Source of the DNA: an uncultured delta proteobacterium
GTDB taxonomy: Bacteria; Myxococcota_A; Polyangia; Fen-1088
Length of the DNA stretch: 64,000 nt
NCBI GenBank assembly: GCA_963767925.1
Contig: CAVYGB010000002.1
Location: 512,001-576,000, forward strand
Reading direction: 5' to 3'
Shown: in pieces, positions 39,291 to 50,265 of the stretch
Layout: every line of letters starts with the position of its first letter
How positions within the stretch are numbered: position 1 is the first letter of the stretch
The notes under the pieces: generated by a model
The model's database searches: none
What the model was told of the DNA's origin: nothing
What the model saw: only the letters and a program-made list of their open reading frames with translations
Made by a program: the position numbers and the translations under genes

Positions 39291-40766
39291 ATGAAGAACA
39301 ACCGGCTCGATCGACGAACCTTCCTCCGGGGCGCGGGCGGCGTGGGCATCGCCCTGCCCTTCCTGGAGGCCATGTCCCCCCGGGCGGCCTTCGCCCAGAG
39401 CGCCCCCCGGCGCTACGTCGTCTGCTTCGCCGGCATGTCGCTGGGGCGGGACAACGCCGGCCGCCTCGAGGACATCGTCCCCGACGGCGCGGGCGCCTCC
39501 TTCACCCTGCGCCCGCCGATGCTGCCGCTCCTGCCCTACAAGGACGACATCGTCATCGTCAGCGGGCTGCGCATCCCAATCGGCGGACCGGGCGGGCGCC
39601 TGGGCGGCTTTCACAAGAGCAGCATCAGCCCGCTGCTGTCGGGCGTGTTGCCGCCCGACATCGGGCCCAACTGCCACGGTCCCACCTCGGATCAGATCGT
39701 CGCGAATGATCCGGCCTTCAAGGGGAAATCGCGCCTGCCCTTCCTCACCCTCCGGGCGCAGGCCGAGGCCTACCGGGGCGGGGGCAACGTGGGGGTTGTC
39801 TCCTGGCGCGGGCGGGGCAGCAAGAACGACCCCACCGTGAGCCCGGCCCTCGCCTTCAACAACCTGTTCGCCGGGTTCACCCCGCCGCCCGCGGGCAGCG
39901 GCGGCCCCGATCCGGTCGAGGTGGCCGCCGCCGAGCGGCTGCGCCGCGAGCAGATCAGCGTGCTCGACCTGGTCCGCAGCAGCGCCGATCGCCTGAAGGC
40001 CCGCCTGGGCCGGGCCGATCAGACCCGGCTCGACCGGCACTTCGAGGAGATCCGCGCGCTGGAGCAGCGCCTGAGCGCCATCCCCGGCGGCCCGGCCCCT
40101 GGCACGCCCGGCACCCCGGCCCCGGGCACCGGCTGCGCGGCGCCCGGCAGCCCCGGCGCCGATCCGCGCATCGAGACCGGGGAGGCCGAAGGCTCGGGCG
40201 AGATCGGCTACGCCGGCGAGGAGGAGCGGGCCCAGGTGCTGACCGGGCTGCTCGCCAAGGCGTTCGCCTGCGACCTCACCCGGGTGGCGACCCTGCAATA
40301 CACCTGCGTCCAGTGTTTCATGAACGTGGAGAAGCTGGTGGGCGTCCGCATGGACCTGCACGAGCTGGCCCACCTCTCGACCATCCAGGGCGGCAAGGAC
40401 GTCGCCCAGCAGAAGGTGATGGAGATGTACGGCTGGCACATGAAACACTTCGCCAGCCTGATCGGGCAGCTCGAGGCCGAGATCGGCCCCGACGGGCGGC
40501 CGGTGCTCGACAACACCGTGCTGGTGTTCGTCAATGAAGGCGGGCTGGGGCCCGCCGAGGGCAAGAACCCCGCCTCGCACTCCACCGACAACATGATGGT
40601 GGTGCTGGCCGGCGGAAAGAACCTCGGCATCCAGGGCGGCCGCCACCACCGCGCGGGCAACGAGCACCCGGCCAAGGTGCTCACCGCCGCCATGAACGCC
40701 GTCGGGGTGGCCGCTCCCGGGCTCGGCGAGGTACAGGGTCGCCTCGAGGCGATCTTCACCGGCTGA
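39291..40766 (+). CDS. DUF1552-family protein with Tat signal
   Basis: DRRTFLRGAGG..LPFLEAM, SVLDLV, AFACDLTRVATL, HELAH, VLDNT. Confidence 0.9.
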   Translation: MKNNRLDRRTFLRGAGGVGIALPFLEAMSPRAAFAQSAPRRYVVCFAGMSLGRDNAGRLEDIVPDGAGASFTLRPPMLPLLPYKDDIVIVSGLRIPIGGPGGRLGGFHKSSISPLLSGVLPPDIGPNCHGPTSDQIVANDPAFKGKSRLPFLTLRAQAEAYRGGGNVGVVSWRGRGSKNDPTVSPALAFNNLFAGFTPPPAGSGGPDPVEVAAAERLRREQISVLDLVRSSADRLKARLGRADQTRLDRHFEEIRALEQRLSAIPGGPAPGTPGTPAPGTGCAAPGSPGADPRIETGEAEGSGEIGYAGEEERAQVLTGLLAKAFACDLTRVATLQYTCVQCFMNVEKLVGVRMDLHELAHLSTIQGGKDVAQQKVMEMYGWHMKHFASLIGQLEAEIGPDGRPVLDNTVLVFVNEGGLGPAEGKNPASHSTDNMMVVLAGGKNLGIQGGRHHRAGNEHPAKVLTAAMNAVGVAAPGLGEVQGRLEAIFTG

Positions 40767-40880
40767 GCAGCGCCCCACCGCGCCGACCGCCGCGTGCGCC
40801 CCGGCGCGCGAGGGCCTGCCCTCTGTGTGCTAGGCTCGCGCGCGATCGGGGTCCTGCGACACACGCGAAAGGAGACCGCC

Positions 40881-43688
40881 ATGCGCGCAGCTTCGTTGTT
40901 GGCCTGCTGGGTCGTGATGTCCGCGGGGTTCGCGGGGGGATGTGCGACGGCGACGGAGGGCGGCGGGGCCGGGCCGGTTGCGGTCGCCGAGGCCGCCCCC
41001 GCCAAGGTGAACCTCACGCCCCCCGCGGGGCTGCCGCCGCTCATCGAGCGGGAGCTGTTCTTCGACGACCCGGAGATCACCGGCGGGCAGATCTCGCCCG
41101 ACGGAAAGTTCATCTCGTTTCGCAAGCCCTACAAGGGCGTGGTCAACATCTGGGTCAAGCGGCGCGAGGAGCCGTTCGAGGCGGCGCGGCCCCTCACCGC
41201 CGACGCCAAGCGGCCGGTGACCATGTACTTCTGGAGCGAGGACAGCAAGCGCATCCTCTACGCCCAGGACAAGGGCGGCGACGAGAACTTCCGGGTCTAC
41301 ACCGTCGACCCGGCCGGCAAGCCCGACCCCGCCACCGGCGTGCCGCCCGCGCGCGATCTCACCCCCTACCCGGGAGCGCGGGCCATGATCCTCGACCTGC
41401 CCGAGCGGACGCCCGGCGCCCTCATCGTGGGGCTCAACGACCGCGACCCGCAGCTCCACGACGTGTACCGGATCGACCTCGCCACCGGCAAGCGCACCCT
41501 CCTGTTCAAGAACGATCAGAACGTCGCCGGCTGGGAGCTCGACCTGGCCGGCCGCCTGCGCCTGGCCGTGCGGCAGACCGCCGACGGGGGCAGCGAGATC
41601 CTGCGGGTCGACGGCAAGAAGCTGGTCAAGGTCTACACCTGCAGCGCCGAGGAGACCTGCGGGCCGCTCCGCTTTCACAAGGACGGCCGGCGGGTCTACC
41701 TCCTCACCAACCGGGGCGCGCCCGACCTGGCCCGGCTGGTGCTGTTCGACCCCCGCAGCGGGCGCGAGGAGCTGGTGGAGAGCGATCCCGACAACCAGGT
41801 CGACCTGACCACGGTGCGCTTCTCCGACGCCAGCGAGGAGCTGGTGGCGACCTTCTACGAAGGCGAGCGCCTGCGCACCTACCCCCGCGACCCGAAGTTC
41901 CGCCAGGACTACGATCGGGTGCGGCGGGCCTTCCCCGAGGGCGACCTGCGCTTCCAGTCGAGCAGCGAGGACGACCGCCTGCAGCTCGTGAGCGTCACCT
42001 CCGACCTCGACCCGGGCAGCGTGCACCTGTACGACCGGCAGAGCGGCAAGATCGAGCTGCTCTACCGCCCGCGCCCCAAGCTGCCCGTCGAGCACCTGGC
42101 CCCGATGAAGCCGGTGCGCTACGCCGCCCGCGACGGGGTCAGCATCCCCGCCTACCTCACCATCCCCAAGGGGGTCGAGCCGAAGAACCTGCCGGTGGTG
42201 ATCAACCCCCACGGAGGGCCCTGGGCGCGTGATAGCTGGGGCTTCAACAGCCTGGCCCAGTTCCTGGCCAACCGGGGCTACGCGGTCCTGCAGCCCAACT
42301 TCCGGGGGTCGACCGGCTACGGCAAGAAGTTCCTCAACCTCGGCAACGGGCAGTGGGGTACGGGGACCATGCAGCACGACCTCACCGACGGGGTGAAGTG
42401 GCTGATCGACCAGGGCATCGCCGATCCGAAGCGGATCGCCATCGCCGGGGGCTCCTACGGCGGGTACGCCACCCTGGCGGGCGTGGCCTTCACCCCGGAT
42501 CTGTACGCGGCCGGGGTCGACATCGTGGGGCCCTCCAGCATCGTCACGCTGCTCAAGTCGATCCCGCCCTACTGGGCGCCCATCAAGAAGCTGTTCACGG
42601 TGCGGGTCGGCGACCTCGACAAGCCGGCCGACGTCGAGCGGATGAAGGCCCAGTCGCCGCTGCACGCCGCCCAGGCGATCAAGACGCCGCTGCTGGTGAT
42701 CCAGGGGGCCAACGACCCCCGGGTCAAGCAGCCGGAGTCGGACCAGATCGTCATCGCCCTGCGCGAGAACAAGCACCCGGTGGAGTACCTGGTCGCCGCC
42801 GACGAGGGGCACGGCTTCGCCGGCAAGGAGAACCGCCTCGCCATGTTCACGGCGATGGAGAAGTTCCTCGCCAAACACGTCGGTGGCCGCTACCAGGAGA
42901 GCCTGGCGGCGCCGATCGCCGCGCGGCTGGCTGCCCTCACCGTCGACGTGTCGAAGGTGGCGCTCAAGCCGGCGCTCAGCACGGAGGGGTCGGCGCTGGC
43001 CAAGCAGCCGGCCTTCGCCGGCGAGTCGCTGCGGCCGGCGACGCTGAAGTACACCTTCAAGGGCCAGATCATGGGGCGGCCGCTCGAGGGGTCGTCGACC
43101 CTGACCATCGCCGCGGGCAAGCAGGCGGATCGCGCCGTGTGGACCATCTCCGAGGTGAGCAAGACCTCGTTCGGCGACGGCAAGGACACCACCGTGCTCG
43201 ACGGCAAGACGCTGCTGCCGATCGAGCGCAGCGTGCAGCAGGGCCCGGCCACCATCGACGTCGCCTTCACCGACAAGGAGGCGCGCGGCACGATGAAGGC
43301 GGGGCCTCAGGAGATGCCGATCAACGCCAAGCTCGACGGGGCCGTGCTGGTCGACGGCATGCCCCTCAACCTGGCGGTGGGGACGTTGCCCCTGGCCCTC
43401 GGCTACAAGACGCAGCTCCGCAGCTTCGACCTGATGGGCAGCAAGGTCCAGGTCCAGCGGCTCGAGGTGACCGGCGCCGAGGAGGTCACCACGCCGGCCG
43501 GGAAGTTCTCCGCGCTGAAGGTGGTGATCACGCCCGAGGACGGGGTCGGCGGGGTAACCCTCTGGGTGGAGAAGGGCGGCCCGGGCCGCATCCTCAAGTG
43601 GGACGCCCTGCTGGCGCCCAACCGCGGCGGCGGCAAGGTCAGCGCCGAGCTGGTCGACGGCGGCGGCGGCGGCGGCAAGGCGAAGTAG
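40881..43688 (+). CDS. S9-family peptidase lipoprotein with extra beta-rich C-terminal domain (DUF3108-like)
   Basis: [34 protein letters not shown] aaggag. Confidence 0.93.
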   Translation: MRAASLLACWVVMSAGFAGGCATATEGGGAGPVAVAEAAPAKVNLTPPAGLPPLIERELFFDDPEITGGQISPDGKFISFRKPYKGVVNIWVKRREEPFEAARPLTADAKRPVTMYFWSEDSKRILYAQDKGGDENFRVYTVDPAGKPDPATGVPPARDLTPYPGARAMILDLPERTPGALIVGLNDRDPQLHDVYRIDLATGKRTLLFKNDQNVAGWELDLAGRLRLAVRQTADGGSEILRVDGKKLVKVYTCSAEETCGPLRFHKDGRRVYLLTNRGAPDLARLVLFDPRSGREELVESDPDNQVDLTTVRFSDASEELVATFYEGERLRTYPRDPKFRQDYDRVRRAFPEGDLRFQSSSEDDRLQLVSVTSDLDPGSVHLYDRQSGKIELLYRPRPKLPVEHLAPMKPVRYAARDGVSIPAYLTIPKGVEPKNLPVVINPHGGPWARDSWGFNSLAQFLANRGYAVLQPNFRGSTGYGKKFLNLGNGQWGTGTMQHDLTDGVKWLIDQGIADPKRIAIAGGSYGGYATLAGVAFTPDLYAAGVDIVGPSSIVTLLKSIPPYWAPIKKLFTVRVGDLDKPADVERMKAQSPLHAAQAIKTPLLVIQGANDPRVKQPESDQIVIALRENKHPVEYLVAADEGHGFAGKENRLAMFTAMEKFLAKHVGGRYQESLAAPIAARLAALTVDVSKVALKPALSTEGSALAKQPAFAGESLRPATLKYTFKGQIMGRPLEGSSTLTIAAGKQADRAVWTISEVSKTSFGDGKDTTVLDGKTLLPIERSVQQGPATIDVAFTDKEARGTMKAGPQEMPINAKLDGAVLVDGMPLNLAVGTLPLALGYKTQLRSFDLMGSKVQVQRLEVTGAEEVTTPAGKFSALKVVITPEDGVGGVTLWVEKGGPGRILKWDALLAPNRGGGKVSAELVDGGGGGGKAK

Positions 43689-43754
43689 ACGGCTGCGAGC
43701 ACACCTTGAGCCGCTCGCGCAGGGCGCGGGCGGCGGCGGCATGCTCCTTCAGCA

Positions 43755-46232
43755 TCAGCCGCTCGCGCGCAGGGCGCGGGCGGCGGCGGCGAGGTTGTGC
43801 AGGGCGGGGGCTACCTCCTGCCAGGTGCGGGTCTTCAGGCCGCAGTCGGGGTTGACCCACAGGCGGTCGGCGGGCAGGCCGGCGGCGCGGGCCCGGGCCA
43901 GGCGGTCGGCCATGTCGGCGGCGCTGGGGACGTGCGGCGAGTGGATGTCCCAGACGCCGGGGCCGATCTCGTTGGGATAGCCGGCCGCCGCGAAGGGGGC
44001 GACGGCGTCGCGGCCCGAGCGGGTGGCCTCGATGGTGAGGACGTCGGCGTCGAGGGCGATCACCGCCGGCAAGATGTCGGCGAACTCGGCGTAACACATG
44101 TGGGTGTGGATCTGGGCGGCGGGGGAGACGCCCCCGGCGGCGAGGCGAAAGCAGGCCACCGCCCAGGCCAGGTAGTCGGCGCGGTCGGCGCTGCGCAGGG
44201 GGAGCCCCTCGCGCAGCGCGGGCTCGTCGATCTGGATGATGCCGATGCCGGCGCGCTCGAGGTCGATGGCCTCCTCGCGGATAGCGGCGGCGATCTCGGC
44301 GCAGGTGGCGGCCAGCGGCTGGTCCTCGCGGGGGAAGCTCCACTTGAGGATTGTGGCGGGCCCGGTGAGCATGCCCTTGACCGGGTGGCTGGTGAGCGCC
44401 TGGGCGAAGCGCGCCCAGCGCACGGTGAGGGGGCCACGGCGGCGCACGGGGCCGTGCAAGATGGGCGGGCGCACGTAGCGCGAGCCGTAGCTTTGCACCC
44501 AGCCCTGCTGGGTTGTGACGAAGCCGTCGAGCTGCTCGGCGAAGTGCTCGACCATGTCGGTCCGCTCGAGCTCACCGTGGATGAGCACGTCCAGGCCGGC
44601 CGCCTGCTGCTGGGCGATGGCGGCCGCCGTCTCGCGCTCGAGGGTGGCCTGGTAGGCGGCGGCGTCCAGCTCGCCCGACCGCCAGCGGGCGCGGGCGCCC
44701 CGGATGGCGTCGGTCTGGGGGAGCGAGCCGATGGTGGTGGTGGGCCAGGGCGGGAGCTGGAGGCGCTCGTGCTGGAGGCGCCGGCGGGCGGGGTACGGCA
44801 GCCGCCGGATGAGGGCCCCGCTGCTGTCCCCCGCCGCGGCCAGCGTGAGCAGGCCGGCGAATCGGACCGCGCCGCCGGGGCGGCCGTCGCCCGCAACGGG
44901 GTGGTCAGAACCGGCGAGGGGGCCAGCGCCCGCGACGGGGCGGCCTGCGGCGGCGCCGGGAGAACACCCGCCGACACCAAGGAGCCAGCCACCGGGGAGA
45001 CGGGCGGCGAGGCCGGGAGCGACAGGGCCGGAGATCCTCCGGCTGTCCGCGATCTCCGCGCCCATCGGGGCGCCGCGCAGGGCGCGGGCCAGAGTGACCA
45101 GCTCGGCCAGCTTCTCCTCGGCGAAGGCCAGGCGCGGGCGGACCTCGGCGGGGATGGCCGGCTCGGCCCGCAGCGACCAGGGGACGTGGAGGAGCGAGCA
45201 GGAGGGGGCGATCATCAGGTGCTCGCTGCCGACCGCGGCGCGCGCCCGCTCGAGCTGGGCCCAGGCGGCGGCCAGGTCGGTGCGCCAGACGTTGCGGCCG
45301 TCGACCACCCCGAGCGAGAGCGTCCGCCCGCGCGGGAAGCGCTCGAGCAGGTCGGGCAGCTCGGCCCGGCCGCGGACGGCGTCGACGTGCAGGCCGGCCA
45401 CCGGCAGGCGCAGGAAGGTGTCGAGGTTGGCGCCGAGCGGGCCGAAGTAGGTCGCCACCAGCAGCCGCAGCCGGGGGGCCGCCGCGCGCAGCAGCTCGCA
45501 GGACCGGGCCAGGGCCGCCCGCCACGCGTCCGGCAGATCCAGCGCCAGGACCGGCTCGTCGAGCTGCACCCATGAAGCGCCCTGACGATCCAGCCGCTGC
45601 AGCACCTGGGCGTACACCGCCAGCAGCGGCGGCAGCAGCGACAGCGGGTCGAACCCGGCGGGCGCGTCTTCGGCGGCCTTGGCGAGCCGCAGGAAGGTCA
45701 CCGGCCCCAGCAGCACCGGCTTGGCCGCCAGCCCCGCCGCCCGGGCCGCGGCCAGCTCCTCGAAGGGCTTGTCGTGGGCCAGCCGGAAGGTGGTGCCCGG
45801 CCCCAGCTCCGGCACCAGGTGGTGGTAGTTGGTGTCGAACCACTTCGTCATCTCCAGCGCCCGCTGGCCGCGGGCCCCGCCCCGGGCCATCGCGAACATC
45901 GTCGCGGTCGAGATGCGCGCCTCCGCGAAGTCGAAGCGGGCCGGCACCGCCCCCACCAGACAGAGGGTGTCGAGCACGTGGTCGTACAGGGAGAAGTCGT
46001 TGCTCGCCACCAGGTCCACGCCGGCCTGGCGCTGCGCCTCCCACCCCTTCCGCCGCAGCCCCCGGGCCGTCTCGGCCAGCGCCGCCTCGCCGAGCTCTCC
46101 GCGCCAGTGGCGCTCGAGGGCCCGCTTCAGCTCCCGCCGGGGCCCGATGCGCGGGACCCCCAGCGTGTGGGTCAGGGGAGGCAAGGGAGAATCGAGAGGA
46201 GGTGCCGGGGACGGCGTCGCGTGCGAGCCCAT
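43755..46232 (-). CDS. metE: Cobalamin-independent methionine synthase
   Basis: PRIG..RELK, DFSLYDHVLD, EMTKWFDTNYH, TTTIGSLPQT, GWVQSYGSR, KGMLTGP, HTHMC, WVNPDCGLKTR. Confidence 0.95.
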   Translation of the reverse strand: MGSHATPSPAPPLDSPLPPLTHTLGVPRIGPRRELKRALERHWRGELGEAALAETARGLRRKGWEAQRQAGVDLVASNDFSLYDHVLDTLCLVGAVPARFDFAEARISTATMFAMARGGARGQRALEMTKWFDTNYHHLVPELGPGTTFRLAHDKPFEELAAARAAGLAAKPVLLGPVTFLRLAKAAEDAPAGFDPLSLLPPLLAVYAQVLQRLDRQGASWVQLDEPVLALDLPDAWRAALARSCELLRAAAPRLRLLVATYFGPLGANLDTFLRLPVAGLHVDAVRGRAELPDLLERFPRGRTLSLGVVDGRNVWRTDLAAAWAQLERARAAVGSEHLMIAPSCSLLHVPWSLRAEPAIPAEVRPRLAFAEEKLAELVTLARALRGAPMGAEIADSRRISGPVAPGLAARLPGGWLLGVGGCSPGAAAGRPVAGAGPLAGSDHPVAGDGRPGGAVRFAGLLTLAAAGDSSGALIRRLPYPARRRLQHERLQLPPWPTTTIGSLPQTDAIRGARARWRSGELDAAAYQATLERETAAAIAQQQAAGLDVLIHGELERTDMVEHFAEQLDGFVTTQQGWVQSYGSRYVRPPILHGPVRRRGPLTVRWARFAQALTSHPVKGMLTGPATILKWSFPREDQPLAATCAEIAAAIREEAIDLERAGIGIIQIDEPALREGLPLRSADRADYLAWAVACFRLAAGGVSPAAQIHTHMCYAEFADILPAVIALDADVLTIEATRSGRDAVAPFAAAGYPNEIGPGVWDIHSPHVPSAADMADRLARARAAGLPADRLWVNPDCGLKTRTWQEVAPALHNLAAAARALRASG

Positions 46233-46350
46233 GCCCCGGTTGTAGGGCCGCGCCCCCCGCGGGCGTTACCTCGAGTTTTTCACTCTCATCTTCGATTCTC
46301 TGCAGCGACCCGGCGGTTGATCTTCCGCCGCCGGCAGGGAAAGGTGGGGC

Positions 46351-47265
46351 ATGGTCGAGGTCCGTCATCTGCGCACCATCGTCGCCCTCGCCGACACCGG
46401 CAGCCTGGGCCGGGCCGCCAAGCGCGTGCACCTGAGCGGCAGCGCCCTGTCCCACCAGCTCAAGCTGATCGAGGATCACTACGGCGAGCTTTACGTGCGC
46501 AAGAGCCAGCCGCTGCGCCTGACCGCCGTCGGCCGCCGGCTGCTGCGGCTGGCCCGGGTGGTGGAGGAGGCCGTCTCGGAGACGGAGCGCGACCTGGCCC
46601 TGCTCGAGGGCGGGCGCTCGGGCGACCTTCGGGTGGCGGTGGAGTGCCACTCCTGCTTCGACTGGCTGATGCCGGCCATGGACGAGTTCCGCGAGGTGTG
46701 GGACGCCGTCGAGCTCGACCTGGTCTCCGGCTTTCACCCCGACCCGGTGGGCCTGCTGGCCGAGCGGCGCGCCGACCTGGTGATCGTCTCGCGCCGCGAC
46801 GGCCGCCCCGGCATCAGCTACCACCCGCTGTTTCGCTTCCAGATGCTCGCCCTGGTCCCCAACCGCCACGCCTACGCCAGCAAGCCGTTCCTCACCGCGA
46901 AGGACTTCGCCTCCGAGACCCTCGTCACCTACCCCATCCCCGACGACCGCCTCGACGTCATCCGCGAAGTCCTGGCCCCCGCCGGCGTCGACCCCCCACG
47001 CCGCACCACCGACCTCACCGTCGCCATCCTGCAGCTCGTGGCCAGCCGCCGCGGCGTCGCCGTCCTCCCCGGCTGGGCCGTCGAGCCCTATCTCTCCCGC
47101 GGCTACGTCACCGCCCGCCCCATCACCCCCCAGGGCCTCTGGAGCACCCTCTTCGCCGCCACCACCACCCGCACCGCCCGCCTCGACTACATGCGCGCCT
47201 TCATCGAGACCATGCGCCGGGTGAGCTTCACCCAGCTGCAGGGGCTGCAGCCCGTCTCAGGTTGA
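46351..47265 (+). CDS. metR: LysR-family regulator MetR
   Basis: SALSHQLK, RKSQP, VECHSCFDWLMP, LVASRRG; divergent from metE. Confidence 0.9.
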   Translation: MVEVRHLRTIVALADTGSLGRAAKRVHLSGSALSHQLKLIEDHYGELYVRKSQPLRLTAVGRRLLRLARVVEEAVSETERDLALLEGGRSGDLRVAVECHSCFDWLMPAMDEFREVWDAVELDLVSGFHPDPVGLLAERRADLVIVSRRDGRPGISYHPLFRFQMLALVPNRHAYASKPFLTAKDFASETLVTYPIPDDRLDVIREVLAPAGVDPPRRTTDLTVAILQLVASRRGVAVLPGWAVEPYLSRGYVTARPITPQGLWSTLFAATTTRTARLDYMRAFIETMRRVSFTQLQGLQPVSG

Positions 47266-47326
47266 AGGGGGGGGCGGCGCGGGTGTGGGCGTGCCGCCTG
47301 ATTGCGCGAAGCCCCGCCGGGCGGGA

Positions 47327-50023
47327 TCAGGGCCAGGTTTCGACGGCGACCGAGAGCTGCCAGTTTCTGACGAGGAGGACGGCGATCGCGCTGTCGGACA
47401 GCGGGACCGCGAAGGGCGGGTAGTCGGCGGCAGGCAGGACCTTCGCCGGGGCGAAGCTGCTCGCGCCCGCCTCCAGGCGGCGGGCCTCCACGGCACTGCA
47501 GACGCGGTCGGGGGTCGCGCTCAGCACGACGACGTTATCCCAGGCGTCGGCCACAAGACTGTGGGAAAACGAGAACCGATCGATCAGCCCGGGGAGAGGA
47601 CACGCCAACAGCTCGGGTAGCCCGGGGATCGTCTCCGGGGCGGCAGACCCGTCGCGCCGCCCGATAGTCAGGTCCCTGGACGTGCCGAACAGCAGGTTCG
47701 GGCTCACCGCCAGGGAGTTGCTCCACGCCCGATTGCCCGGGGGGAAACGGGGGCCCAGCTCGAAGGACCTGCCGTCGTCGCGGCTGGTGTGCAAGGTAAT
47801 GTAGTAGTCGTAGGGGTCGTCGGGCAGGGCCCAGAGGGTGTTGTCGGGGTCGACCCCCACCAGCACCGGTGCACCCGGCAGCATCGGCTTGAAGGATTGG
47901 AAGGTGCGGCCGGCGTCGTCGCTGAGCCACCAGGTGTTGCCGGTGACGGTGTCGGCAGTGACCAGCACCCGATCACCGGCGGCCGCCACGCGGAAGTTCC
48001 CGGGGGAGGGGTTGAGCATCTGGGGCGGCTGCCAGGTGACGCCCGCGTCCTCGGTGCGAACGATCGAGAGCCCTCCCGGGCCGTTGGTCGCCACCACCGC
48101 CAGACCGGGGCTGCCGGCCACCACCACCGCGCTGTAATTGATAGAGGAGGAAAGGCCGGTGTCGATCGGCGCACCGAAGGTGCGCCCGCCGTCCAGGCTC
48201 ACCATCACGAAGACGGTGGTCCCGGAGGGGCCAGCGTCGGCCCGGGGAGGCGGGGCGCCGCCGTCGGCCGGGGACATGGACGGGTCGCAGACCATCATCG
48301 CGTACAGAATGCCGGCCTGATCGACGGCGAGGTGCTGGAAGCCGTAAGTGCGGTTGCAGGGAAGGTCGCCGCTGATCACATGGGCGACCACCCGCTCGAA
48401 GTCGTTGTCGGTGTTTTGCGCGGGGCGATCGTCGGGGTCGATGCCGGAGTAGTCGACGTCGGCGCTGGCGGCGGGGCCGAACAGGACCTGATAGCCCTGG
48501 CTGCCGTCGCGCTCGTCGTCGTCGATGCCGGTCACGGTGACGGTCTGGGGCTGGTTCCAGGTAACGGGATCGAACACCAGCTCGGCGGGGCTCGCCTTGC
48601 CCTCGCCCTCGTCGCTGGTGGAAATGGGTAGGCGCACAGTGGCCGAGGGGGCCCGTCTGAGCACCACCTTGAAGGTCGCCTCGATGCCCGACTCGGAAGT
48701 GAACAGGATGGCCCGCCCCTCGAAGCTGAAGCCGGGCTCGTCATCGCGGTTCACCAGCGGCACGGCGCTGCCGCTCACCCCGGCGTAACGTGGGTCCTGC
48801 GAAACCGCAGGCCCGATGGCGACGCTGTAAGATCCATCGCCGTCCCGGGCGCTGTCGTCGGCGCCGGTGACGGTGACCGTCTGCGGTTTCTGCCAGTTGT
48901 CGGCCGTGAAGTGCAAGGTGGACGGGCTGGCGGTACCCTCGGCTGGCACCGTGCTGGCGATAGGGACATCGACCGGCTCGATCACCGGTGCGCCCAGCGC
49001 GACCTCGAAGGTGGCTTGACCGCCCGCTTCGCTGGTGGTCAGCCAGCGAGCCGCGCGGACGGAGATCGAGCCCGGCGGCGGCGGCATGATCACCAAGAGA
49101 TTGAACGGCTTCTGCGGCGAACCCTCGAAGGTGGTGGCCTCAACCACCAAGGTCTTGGTTTCCGAGTCGTTGTTGACGAAGTTGAGGTCAAAGAAACCGC
49201 CGGAACGACAGCTCGTGGCCGCGCAGCCGTCGCGCGCCACCAGATGCGCCGAGTTGACAAAATCCCCTTCGGCGGGCTGGACGATCAGGCGCAGCGACTG
49301 CTGGGGAGACAAGGTGGCGGTGTAAAATAGCGAGGGGACCCCGCGTTTGTTGCAGAGGCCTACGTTGCCTTCCGACAGGTCCTGATTGCGCAGCACCTGC
49401 CCATCCGACAGCGGAAGCGCAGTGGCGCAGGTCAGGTTCGGCGGCGGCTCGGCGATGGCGATCTCCAGCCGAAAGCGGGCGCCGCTGGCCAGCGCCAGCG
49501 AGGAGACGGCCAGCAATACCGTCTGCTCGGTGGCTCCGTCGTTGCGGTAGCGAAGCACCGATTGCCCCTGGGTGGGGTCGCTGGTCTGACAGAAGTTCGC
49601 CCCCGCGTCGCCGGCGCCGCCCGCACTGCAGCTCGAGAACGCCTGCAGGACCGGGGTCCAGGGCCGGTCGCCGGCGGTGGGCACCGCCCGGGCGGTGAGG
49701 CGCTGGCCCGCGGGGATCACCGCCCGGTAAAACAGCGCCGGGCGCGGCTCGCCGGCGACGCAGGGGGAGGGGTCGCGGGCCAGGTCCAGCTCCTGGTCGA
49801 CGAGCCGCGCACCGTCGCCGACGCGGAGGGCGCTGGCGCAGCTCGTCGGGCCGGGACCCTGGGGCACGTCCTCGGCGCCGTCACTGCCGCCGGCGCCGTC
49901 ACTGCCGCCGGCAGCGTCGCGCCCGCCGTCCGCCACCGTCGGCGCCCCCGGTCCTTCCTGGCAGCCAGCCCCCAGCGCCGCCTCGAGCAGCAACGCCCCC
50001 GCCCACCCACCGAATGTTCGCAT
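47327..50023 (-). CDS. Large surface lipoprotein with two Calx-beta-like domains and BNR/Asp-box propeller
   Basis: GAGC lipobox; TTSEAGG..FTADNWQKPQTVTVTG twice; SLDGGRTF, SDDAGRTF, SRDDGRSF; RBS aggagg. Confidence 0.82.
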   Translation of the reverse strand: MRTFGGWAGALLLEAALGAGCQEGPGAPTVADGGRDAAGGSDGAGGSDGAEDVPQGPGPTSCASALRVGDGARLVDQELDLARDPSPCVAGEPRPALFYRAVIPAGQRLTARAVPTAGDRPWTPVLQAFSSCSAGGAGDAGANFCQTSDPTQGQSVLRYRNDGATEQTVLLAVSSLALASGARFRLEIAIAEPPPNLTCATALPLSDGQVLRNQDLSEGNVGLCNKRGVPSLFYTATLSPQQSLRLIVQPAEGDFVNSAHLVARDGCAATSCRSGGFFDLNFVNNDSETKTLVVEATTFEGSPQKPFNLLVIMPPPPGSISVRAARWLTTSEAGGQATFEVALGAPVIEPVDVPIASTVPAEGTASPSTLHFTADNWQKPQTVTVTGADDSARDGDGSYSVAIGPAVSQDPRYAGVSGSAVPLVNRDDEPGFSFEGRAILFTSESGIEATFKVVLRRAPSATVRLPISTSDEGEGKASPAELVFDPVTWNQPQTVTVTGIDDDERDGSQGYQVLFGPAASADVDYSGIDPDDRPAQNTDNDFERVVAHVISGDLPCNRTYGFQHLAVDQAGILYAMMVCDPSMSPADGGAPPPRADAGPSGTTVFVMVSLDGGRTFGAPIDTGLSSSINYSAVVVAGSPGLAVVATNGPGGLSIVRTEDAGVTWQPPQMLNPSPGNFRVAAAGDRVLVTADTVTGNTWWLSDDAGRTFQSFKPMLPGAPVLVGVDPDNTLWALPDDPYDYYITLHTSRDDGRSFELGPRFPPGNRAWSNSLAVSPNLLFGTSRDLTIGRRDGSAAPETIPGLPELLACPLPGLIDRFSFSHSLVADAWDNVVVLSATPDRVCSAVEARRLEAGASSFAPAKVLPAADYPPFAVPLSDSAIAVLLVRNWQLSVAVETWP

Positions 50024-50265
50024 CTGCTGCCTCCTGACGAGCCCGGCCAGGTCGTGGAGCTGCGGCGCCCGGAAGGGAGCACCGGCGCCGACGTCGGCCA
50101 TGATGATCCAACGTCGGCTGGTGGCCGCTCCGATGAAAGAGCACGGTGGCCCTGATTCCGCGACGCAGCGACCTGGTCCGGCGCTCACCGTCACCGACAA
50201 GACGCCACATCTGACTAGGGACTGTTTTCGAAGTAGTCGGGTCCCCTCGCTTCGCTCGGGCCCGA

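Noticed and set aside
46233..46350. Cobalamin or SAM riboswitch before metE
   Set aside because: Region is short, lacks recognisable cores, and MetR explains regulation
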